Below are positions 53,447-64,000 of a stretch of DNA of 64,000 bases, piece after piece (positions within the stretch are counted from its first letter, which is position 1; each line of letters starts with the position of its first letter). The position numbers and the translations under genes were made by a program. The notes beneath the pieces are model-generated. The model ran no database searches and had not been told where the DNA came from. It saw only the letters and a program-made list of their open reading frames with translations. Location of the stretch: contig OZ024741.1 of the NCBI GenBank assembly GCA_964016885.1, positions 277,698,001 through 277,762,000 of the forward strand, in the 5' to 3' direction. This DNA is from Eledone cirrhosa. Taxonomy: Eukaryota.

Positions 53447-56400
53447 TTCTTGCACTCACAATAATAAGGTCGAGGGTTTGATGACTAGACCGGAGCGGCG
53501 TGTTGTGTTCTTGGACTCACAATAATAAGGTCGAGGGTTTGATGACTAGACCGGAGCGGCGTGTTGTGTTCTTGGACTACAATAATAAGGTCGAGGGTGT
53601 GATGCCTGGACCGAGGCGGCGTGTTGTGTTCTTGGACTCACAATAATAAGGTCGAGGGTGTGATGCCTGGACCGGAGCGGCGTGTTGTGTTCTTGGACTC
53701 ACAATAATAAGGTCGAGGTTGTGATGCCTGGACCGAGGCGGCGTGTTGTGTTCTGGGACTCACAATAATAAGGTCGAGGTTGTGATGCCTGGACCGGAGC
53801 GGCGTGTTGTGTTCTTGGACTCACAATAATAAGGTCGAGGTTGTGATGCCTGGACCGAGGCGGCGTGTTGTGTTCTTGGACTCACAATAATAAGGTCGAG
53901 GGTGTGATGCCTAGACCGGAGCGGCGTGTTGTGTTCTTGGACTACAATAATAAGGTCGAGGTTGTGATGACTAGACCGGAGCGGCGTGTTGTGTTCTTGG
54001 ACTCACAATAATAAGGTCGAGGTTGTGATGACTAGACCGGAGCGGCGTGTTGTGTTCTTGGACTACAATAATAAGGTCGAGGTTGTGATGACTGGACCGG
54101 AGCGGCGTGTTGTGTTCTTGGACTCACAATAATAAGGTCGAGGGTTTGATGCCTGGACCGGAGCGGCGTGTTGTGTTCTTGGACTCACAATAATAAGGTC
54201 GAGGGTTTGATGCCTAGACCGGAGCGGCGTGTTGTGTTCTTGGACTCACAATAATAAGGTCGAGGGTTTGATGCCTAGACCGGAGCGGCGTGTTGTGTTC
54301 TTGGACTCACAATAATAAGGTCGAGGGTTTGATGCCTGGACCGGAGCGGCGTGTTGTGTTCTTGGACTCACAATAATAAGGTCGAGGGTTTGATGCCTAG
54401 ACCGGAGCGGCGTGTTGTGTTCTTGGACTCACAATAATAAGGTCGAGGGTTTGATGCCTAGACCGGAGCGGCGTGTTGTGTTCTTGGACTACAATAATAA
54501 GGTCGAGGGTGTGATGCCTGGACCGGAGCGGCGTGTTGTGTTCTTGGACTCACAATAATAAGGTCGAGGGTTTGATGACTAGACCGGAGCGGCGTGTTGT
54601 GTTCTTGGACTACAATAATAAGGTCGAGGGTGTGATGCCTAGACCGGAGCGGCGTGTTGTGTTCTTGGACTACAATAATAAGGTCGAGGGTGTGATGCCT
54701 AGACCGGAGCGGCGTGTTGTGTTCTTGGACTACAATAATAAGGTCGAGGGTGTGATGCCTGGACCGGAGCGGCGTGTTGTGTTCTTGGACTACAATAATA
54801 AGGTCGAGGGTGTGATGCCTGGACCGGAGCGGCGTGTTGTGTTCTTGGACTCACAATAATAAGGTCGAGGGTTTGATGCCTGGACCGGAGCGGCGTGTTG
54901 TGTTCTTGGACTACAATAATAAGGTCGAGGGTGTGATGCCTAGACCGGAGCGGCGTGTTGTGTTCTTGGACTACAATAATAAGGTCGAGGGTGTGATGCC
55001 TGGACCGGAGCGGCGTGTTGTGTTCTTGGACTCACAATAATAAGGTCGAGGGTTTGATGCCTAGACCGGAGCGGCGTGTTGTGTTCTTGGACTCACAATA
55101 ATAAGGTCAAGGGTTTGATGCCTGGACCGGAGCGGCGTGTTGTGTTCTTGGGCTACAATAATAAGGTCGAGGGTGTGATGCCTAGACCGGAGCGGCGTGT
55201 TGTGTTCTTGGACTACAATAATAAGGTCGAGGTTGTGATGACTAGACCGGAGCGGCGTGTTGTGTTCTTGGACTCACAATAATAAGGTCGAGGGTTTGAT
55301 GCCTGGACCGGAGCGGCGTGTTGTGTTCTTGGACTCACAATAATAAGGTCGAGGGTTTGATGCCTAGACCGGAGCGGCGTGTTGTGTTCTTGGACTCACA
55401 ATAATAAGGTCGAGGGTTTGATGCCTAGACCGGAGCGGCGTGTTGTGTTCTTGGACTCACAATAATAAGGTCGAGGGTGTGATGCCTAGACCGGAGCGGC
55501 GTGTTGTGTTCTTGGACTCACAATAATAAGGTCGAGGGTTTGATGACTAGACCGGAGCGGCGTGTTGTGTTCTTGGACTCACAATAATAAGGTCGAGGGT
55601 GTGATGCCTAGACCGGAGCGGCGTGTTGTGTTCTTGGACTCACAATAATAAGGTCGAGGGTTTGATGCCTGGATCGGAGCGGCGTGTTGTGTTCTTGGAC
55701 TCACAATAATAAGGTCGAGGGTGTGATGCCTAGACCGGAGCGGCGTGTTGTGTTCTTGGACTCACAATAATAAGGTCGAGGGTGTGATGCCTGGACCGGA
55801 GCGGCGTGTTGTGTTCTTGGACTCACAATAATAAGGTCGAGGGTGTAATGCCTGGACCGAGGCGGCGTGTTGTGTTCTTGGACTCACAATAATAAGGTCG
55901 AGGTTGTGATGCCTGGACCGGAGCGGCGTGTTGTGTTCTTGGACTCACAATAATAAGGTCGAGGTTGTGATGCCTGGACCGGAGCGGCGTGTTGTGTTCT
56001 TGGACTCACAATAATAAGGTCGAGGGTTTGATTCCTGGACCGGAGCGGCGTGTTGTGTTCTTGGACTCACAATAATAAGGTCGAGGTTGTGATGCCTGGA
56101 CCGGAGCGGCGTGTTGTGTTCTTGGACTCACAATAATAAGGTCGAGGTTGTGATGCCTGGACCGGAGCGGCGTGTTGTGTTCTTGGACTCACAATAATAA
56201 GGTCGAGGTTGTGATGCCTGGACCGGAGCGGCGTGTTGTGTTCTTGGACTCACAATAATAAGGTCGAGGTTGTGATGACTAGACCGGAGCGGCGTGTTGT
56301 GTTCTTGGACTCACAATAATAAGGTCGAGGGTTTGATGCCTGGATCGGAGCGGCGTGTTGTGTTCTTGGACTCACAATAGTAAGGTCGCGGGTTTGATTC

Positions 56401-59400
56401 CTGGACCGGAGCGGCGTGTTGTGTTCTTGGACTCACAATAATAAGGTCGAGGTTGTGATGCCTGGACCGGAGCGGCGTGTTGTGTTCTTGGACTCACAAT
56501 AATAAGGTCGAGGGTGTGATGCCTGGACCGGAGCGGCGTGTTGTGTTCTTGGACTCACAATAATAAGGTCGAGGGTTTGATGCCTGGATCGGAGCGGCGT
56601 GTTGTGTTCTTGGACTCACAATAATAAGGTCGAGGGTTTGATGCCTGGACCGGAGCGGCGTGTTGTGTTCTTGGACTCACAATAATAAGGTCGAGGGTTT
56701 GATGCCTGGATCGGAGCGGCGTGTTGTGTTCTTGGACTCACAATAATAAGGTCGAGGGTGTGATGCCTGGACCGGAGCGGCGTGTTGTGTTCTTGGACTC
56801 ACAATAGTAAGGTCGCGGGTTTGATTCCTGGACCGGAGCGGCGTGTTGTGTTCTTTGGACTCACAATAATAAGGTCGAGGGTGTGATGACTAGACCGGAG
56901 CGGCGTGTTGTGTTCTTGGACTCACAATAATAAGGTCGAGGGTTTGATGCCTGGATCGGAGCGGCGTGTTGTGTTCTTGGACTCACAATAATAAGGTCGA
57001 GGGTTTGATGCCTGGACCGGAGCGGCGTGTTGTGTTCTTGGACTCACAATAATAAGGTCGAGGGTTTGATGCCTGGATCGGAGCGGCGTGTTGTGTTCTT
57101 GGACTCACAATAATAAGGTCGAGGGTGTGATGCCTGGACCGGAGCGGCGTGTTGTGTTCTTGGACTCACAATAGTAAGGTCGCGGGTTTGATTCCTGGAC
57201 CGGAGCGGCGTGTTGTGTTCTTTGGACTCACAATAATAAGGTCGAGGGTGTGATGACTAGACCGGAGCGGCGTGTTGTGTTCTTGGACTCACAATAATAA
57301 GGTCGAGGGTTTGATGCCTGGATCGGAGCGGCGTGTTGTGTTCTTGGACTCACAATAATAAGGTCGAGGGTGTGATTCCTGGACCGGAGCGGCGTGTTGT
57401 GTTCTTGGACTCACAATAATAAGGTCGAGGGTGTGATGACTAGACCGGAGCGGCGTGTTGTGTTCTTGGACTCACAATAATAAGGTCGAGGGTGTGATGA
57501 CTAGACCGGAGCGGCGTGTTGTGTTCTTGGACTCACAATAATAAGGTCGAGGGTGTGATTCCTGGACCGGAGCGGCGTGTTGTGTTCTTGGACTCACAAT
57601 AATAAGGTCGAGGGTTTGATGCCTGGATCGGAGCGGCGTGTTGTGTTCTTGGACTCACAATAATAAGGTCGAGGGTTTGATGCCTGGATCGGAGCGGCGT
57701 GTTGTGTTCTTGGACTCACAATAATAAGGTCGAGGGTTTGATGCCTGGATCGGAGCGGCGTGTTGTGTTCTTGGACTCACAATAATAAGGTCGAGGGTGT
57801 GATGACTAGACCGGAGCGGCGTGTTGTGTTCTTGGACTCACAATAATAAGGTCGAGGGTTTGATTCCTGGATCGGAGCGGCGTGTTGTGTTCTTGGACTC
57901 ACAATAATAAGGTCGAGGGTTTGATTCCTGGACCGGAGCGGCGTGTTGTGTTCTTGGACTCACAATAATAAGGTCGAGGGTTTGATGACTAGACCGGAGC
58001 GGCGTGTTGTGTTCTTTGGACTCACAATAATAAGGTCGAGGGTGTGATGACTAGACCGGAGCGGCGTGTTGTGTTCTTGGACTCACAATAATAAGGTCGA
58101 GGGTTTGATGCCTGGATCGGAGCGGCGTGTTGTGTTCTTGGACTCACAATAATAAGGTCGAGGGTGTGATGACTAGACCGGAGCGGCGTGTTGTGTTCTT
58201 GGACTCACAATAATAAGGTCGAGGGTTTGATTCCTGGATCGGAGCGGCGTGTTGTGTTCTTGGACTCACAATAATAAGGTCGAGGGTTTGATTCCTGGAC
58301 CGGAGCGGCGTGTTGTGTTCTTGGACTCACAATAATAAGGTCGAGGGTTTGATGACTAGACCGGAGCGGCGTGTTGTGTTCTTTGGACTCACAATAATAA
58401 GGTCGAGGGTGTGATGACTAGACCGGAGCGGCGTGTTGTGTTCTTGGACTCACAATAATAAGGTCGAGGGTTTGATGCCTGGATCGGAGCGGCGTGTTGT
58501 GTTCTTGGACTCACAATAATAAGGTCGAGGGTGTGATGACTAGACCGGAGCGGCGTGTTGTGTTCTTGGACTCACAATAATAAGGTCGAGGGTTTGATTC
58601 CTGGATCGGAGCGGCGTGTTGTGTTCTTGGACTCACAATAATAAGGTCGCGGATTTGATTCCTGGACCGGAGCGGCGTGTTGTGTTCTTGGACTCACAAT
58701 AATAAGGTCGAGGGTGTGATGACTAGACCGGAGCGGCGTGTTGTGTTCTTGGAGTCTCAATAATAAGGTCGAGGGTGTGATGCCTGGACCGGAGCGGCGT
58801 GTTGTGTTCTTGGACTCACAATAATAAGGTCGAGGGTTTGATTCCTGGACCGGAGCGGCGTGTTGTGTTCTTGGACTCACAATAATAAGGTCGAGGGTTT
58901 GATTCCTGGACCGGAGCGGCGTGTTGTGTTCTTGGACTCACAATAATAAGGTGGAGGGTTTGATTCCTGGACCGGAGCGGCGTGTTGTGTTCTTGGACTC
59001 ACAATAATAAGGTGGAGGGTTTGATTCCTGGACCGGAGCGGCGTGTTGTGTTCTTGGACTCACAATAATAAGGTCGAGGGTTTGATTCCTGGACCGGAGC
59101 GGCGTGTTGTGTTCTTGGACTCACAATAATAAGGTGGAGGGTTTGATTCCTGGACCGGAGCGGCGTGTTGTGTTCTTGGACTCACAATAATAAGGTCGAG
59201 GGTTTGATGCCTAGACCGGAGCGGCGTGTTGTGTTCTTGGACTCACAATAATAAGGTCGAGGGTTTGATGCCTGGATCGGAGCGGCGTGTTGTGTTCTTG
59301 GACTCACAATAATAAGGTCGAGGGTTTGATGCCTGGACCGGAGCGGCGTGTTGTGTTCTTGGACTCACAATAATAAGGTCGAGGTTGTGATGACTAGACC

Positions 59401-62400
59401 GGAGCGGCGTGTTGTGTTCTTGGACTCACAATAATAAGGTCGAGGGTTTGATGCCTAGACCGGAGCGGCGTGTTGTGTTCTTGGACTCACAATAATAAGG
59501 TGGAGGGTTTGATTCCTGGACCGGAGCGGCGTGTTGTGTTCTTGGACTCACAATAATAAGGTGGAGGGTTTGATGCCTAGACCGGAGCGGCGTGTTGTGT
59601 TCTTGGACTCACAATAATAAGGTGGAGGGTTTGATGCCTGGATCGGAGCGGCGTGTTGTGTTCTTGGACTCACAATAATAAGGTCGAGGTTGTGATGACT
59701 AGACCGGAGCGGCGTGTTGTGTTCTTGGACTCACAATAATAAGGTCGAGGGTTTGATGCCTAGACCGGAGCGGCGTGTTGTGTTCTTGGACTCACAATAA
59801 TAAGGTGGAGGGTTTGATTCCTGGACCGGAGCGGCGTGTTGTGTTCTTGGACTCACAATAATAAGGTGGAGGGTTTGATGCCTAGACCGGAGCGGCGTGT
59901 TGTGTTCTTGGACTCACAATAATAAGGTGGAGGGTTTGATGCCTGGATCGGAGCGGCGTGTTGTGTTCTTGGACTCACAATAATAAGGTGGAGGGTTTGA
60001 TTCCTGGACCGGAGCGGCGTGTTGTGTTCTTGGACTCACAATAATAAGGTCGAGGTTGTGATGACTAGACCGGAGCGGCGTGTTGTGTTCTTGGACTCAC
60101 AATAATAAGGTCGAGGGTTTGATGCCTAGACCGGAGCGGCGTGTTGTGTTCTTGGACTCACAATAATAAGGTGGAGGGTTTGATTCCTGGACCGGAGCGG
60201 CGTGTTGTGTTCTTGGACTCACAATAATAAGGTCGAGGGTTTGATGCCTAGACCGGAGCGGCGTGTTGTGTTCTTGGACTCACAATAATAAGGTCGAGGG
60301 TTTGATGCCTAGACCGGAGCGGCGTGTTGTGTTCTTGGACTCACAATAATAAGGTGGAGGGTTTGATGCCTGGACCGGAGCGGCGTGTTGTGTTCTTGGA
60401 CTCACAATAATAAGGTCGAGGTTGTGATGACTAGACCGGAGCGGCGTGTTGTGTTCTTGGACTCACAATAATAAGGTCGAGGGTTTGATGCCTAGACCGG
60501 AGCGGCGTGTTGTGTTCTTGGACTCACAATAATAAGGTCGAGGGTTTGATGCCTAGACCGGAGCGGCGTGTTGTGTTCTTGGACTCACAATAATAAGGTG
60601 GAGGGTTTGATGCCTGGACCGGAGCGGCGTGTTGTGTTCTTGGACTCACAATAATAAGGTCGAGGTTGTGATGACTAGACCGGAGCGGCGTGTTGTGTTC
60701 TTGGACTCACAATAATAAGGTCGAGGGTTTGATGCCTAGACCGGAGCGGCGTGTTGTGTTCTTGGACTCACAATAATAAGGTCGAGGGTTTGATGCCTAG
60801 ACCGGAGCGGCGTGTTGTGTTCTTGGACTCACAATAATAAGGTGGAGGGTTTGATTCCTGGACCGGAGCGGCGTGTTGTGTTCTTGGACTCACAATAATA
60901 AGGTCGAGGGTTTGATTCCTGGACCGGAGCGGCGTGTTGTGTTCTTGGACTCACAATAATAAGGTGGAGGGTTTGATTCCTGGACCGGAGCGGCGTGTTG
61001 TGTTCTTGGACTCACAATAATAAGGTCGAGGGTTTGATTCCTGGACCGGAGCGGCGTGTTGTGTTCTTGGACTCACAATAATAAGGTGGAGGGTTTGATG
61101 CCTAGACCGGAGCGGCGTGTTGTGTTCTTGGACTCACAATAATAAGGTGGAGGGTTTGATGCCTGGATCGGAGCGGCGTGTTGTGTTCTTGGACTCACAA
61201 TAATAAGGTGGAGGGTTTGATTCCTGGATCGGAGCGGCGTGTTGTGTTCTTGGACTCACAATAATAAGGTCGAGGGTTTGATGCCTGGACCGGAGCGGCG
61301 TGTTGTGTTCTTGGACTCACAATAATAAGGTCGAGGGTTTGATTCCTGGACCGGAGCGGCGTGTTGTGTTCTTGGACTCACAATAATAAGGTCGAGGGTT
61401 TGATGCCTGGACCGGAGCGGCGTGTTGTGTTCTTGGACTCACAATAATAAGGTCGAGGGTTTGATGCCTGGACCGGAGCGGCGTGTTGTGTTCTTGGACT
61501 CACAATAATAAGGTGGAGGGTTTGATGCCTGGATCGGAGCGGCGTGTTGTGTTCTTGGACTCACAATAATAAGGTCGAGGGTGTGATGACTAGACCGGAG
61601 CGGCGTGTTGTGTTCTTGGACTCACAATAATAAGGTCGAGGGTTTGATTCCTGGACCGGAGCGGCGTGTTGTGTTCTTGGACTCACAATAATAAGGTCGA
61701 GGGTTTGATGCCTGGACCGGAGCGGCGTGTTGTGTTCTTGGACTCACAATAATAAGGTCGAGGGTGTGATGCCTAGACCGGAGCGGCGTGTTGTGTTCTT
61801 GGACTCACAATAATAAGGTCGAGGGTTTGATTCCTGGACCGGAGCGGCGTGTTGTGTTCTTGGACTCACAATAATAAGGTCGACGGTGTGATGCCTGGAC
61901 CGGAGCGGCGTGTTGTGTTCTTGGACTCACAATAATAAGGTCGAGGGTTTGATGCCTGGACCGGAGCGGCGTGTTGTGTTCTTGGACTCACAATAATAAG
62001 GTCGAGGGTTTGATGCCTGGATCGGAGCGGCGTGTTGTGTTCTTGGACTCACAATAATAAGGTCGAGGGTTTGATGCCTGGACCGGAGCGGCGTGTTGTG
62101 TTCTTGGACTCACAATAATAAGGTCGAGGGTGTGATGCCTGGATCGGAGCGGCGTGTTGTGTTCTTGGACTCACAATAATAAGGTCGAGGGTGTGATGCC
62201 TAGACCGGAGCGGCGTGTTGTGTTCTTGGACTCACAATAATAAGGTCGAGGGTGTGATGCCTGGATCGGAGCGGCGTGTTGTGTTCTTGGACTCACAATA
62301 ATAAGGTCGAGGGTGTGATGCCTGGATCGGAGCGGCGTGTTGTGTTCTTGGACTCACAATAATAAGGTCGAGGGTGTGATGCCTGGATCGGAGCGGCGTG

Positions 62401-64000
62401 TTGTGTTCTTGGACTCACAATAATAAGGTCGAGGTTGTGATGACTAGACCGGAGCGGCGTGTTGTGTTCTTGGACTCACAATAATAAGGTCGAGGGTGTG
62501 ATGCCTGGACCGGAGCGGCGTGTTGTGTTCTTGGACTCACAATAATAAGGTCGAGGTTGTGATGCCTGGACCGGAGCGGCGTGTTGTGTTCTTGGACTCA
62601 CAATAATAAGATCGAGGGTTTGATGCCTGGACCGGAGCGGCGTGTTGTGTTCTTGGACTCACAATAATAAGGTCGAGGGTGTGATGCCTAGACCGGAGCG
62701 GCGTGTTGTGTTCTTGGACTCACAATAATAAGATCGAGGGTTTGATGCCTGGACCGGAGCGGCGTGTTGTGTTCTTGGACTCACAATAATAAGGTCGAGG
62801 GTTTGATGCCTGGACCGGAGCGGCGTGTTGTGTTCTTGGACTCACAATAATAAGGTCGAGGGTGTGATGCCTAGACCGGAGCGGCGTGTTGTGTTCTTGG
62901 ACTCACAATAATAAGATCGAGGGTTTGATGCCTGGACCGGAGCGGCGTGTTGTGTTCTTGGACTCACAATAATAAGGTCGAGGGTTTGATGCCTGGACCG
63001 GAGCGGCGTGTTGTGTTCTTGGACTCACAATAATAAGGTCGAGGTTGTGATGCCTGGACCGGAGCGGCGTGTTGTGTTCTTGGACTCACAATAATAAGAT
63101 CGAGGGTTTGATGCCTGGACCGGAGCGGCGTGTTGTGTTCTTGGACTCACAATAATAAGATCGAGGGTTTGATGCCTAGACCGGAGCGGCGTGTTGTGTT
63201 CTTGGACTACAATAATAAGGTCGAGGTTGTGATGACTGGACCGGAGCGGCGTGTTGTGTTCTTGGACTCACAATAATAAGGTCGAGGGTGTGATGCCTAG
63301 ACCGGAGCGGCGTGTTGTGTTCTTGGACTCACAATAATAAGGTCGAGGGTTTGATGCCTAGACCGGAGCGGCGTGTTGTGTTCTTGGACTCACAATAATA
63401 AGGTCGAGGGTGTGATGCCTGGATCGGAGCGGCGTGTTGTGTTCTTGGACTCACAATAATAAGGTCGAGGGTGTGATGCCTGGATCGGAGCGGCGTGTTG
63501 TGTTCTTGGACTCACAATAATAAGGTCGAGGGTTTGATGCCTAGACCGGAGCGGCGTGTTGTGTTCTTGGACTCACAATAATAAGGTCGAGGGTTTGATG
63601 CCTAGACCGGAGCGGCGTGTTGTGTTCTTGGACTCACAATAATAAGGTCGAGGGTTTGATGACTAGACCGGAGCGGCGTGTTGTGTTCTTGGACTCACAA
63701 TAATAAGGTCGAGGGTGTGATGCCTGGATCGGAGCGGCGTGTTGTGTTCTTGGACTCACAATAATAAGGTCGAGGGTGTGATGACTAGACCGGAGCGGCG
63801 TGTTGTGTTCTTGGACTCACAATAATAAGGTCGAGGGTGTGATGACTAGACCGGAGCGGCGTGTTGTGTTCTTGGACTCACAATAATAAGGTCGAGGTTG
63901 TGATGCCTGGACCGGAGCGGCGTGTTGTGTTCTTGGACTCACAATAATAAGGTCGAGGGTTTGATGCCTAGACCGGAGCGGCGTGTTGTGTTCTTGGACT
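53447..64000 (+). repeat. 61-bp tandem satellite (~170 units, runs off the window end)
   Basis: Unit ttcttggactcacaataataaggtcgagggtttgatgcctggaccggagcggcgtgttgtg with a few variable positions. Confidence 0.98.

Noticed and set aside
53447-64000. CRISPR array, tRNA gene cluster or repeat-protein CDS
   Set aside because: There are no unique spacers; the unit lacks an A-box and a cloverleaf; the 61-bp period breaks the reading frame.

Overview
This is repeat-saturated eukaryotic DNA with no confidently identifiable host gene. Most ORFs in the track are microsatellite read-through. The SINE families and microsatellite load suggest an octopus (coleoid cephalopod) genome, which is an inference. 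Main contents: (1) an ~8.9-kb fold-back Penelope-like element (7.3-16.3 kb), whose two near-identical ~3.8-kb inverted arms each end in a type-I hammerhead ribozyme motif with an unusually long stem II and flank a degraded GIY-YIG endonuclease (Naiad-like CxCx5Cx5C linker); (2) several more minimal hammerhead motifs and short fold-backs typical of Penelope remnants; (3) two related, mutated Tx1/L1-type LINEs placed head-to-head (27.1-32.6 kb minus, 33.3-38.5 kb plus), each embedded in a different microsatellite; (4) a full-length Tc1-type transposon with DD36E spacing; (5) a short Helitron, R4/Dong, CRE-like and RTE fragments, and many tRNA-derived SINEs; (6) a 119-bp higher-order minisatellite; (7) a >10.5-kb array of 61-bp units that appears to be amplified from a SINE tRNA-derived head. 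All alignments, translations and folds were done by eye.
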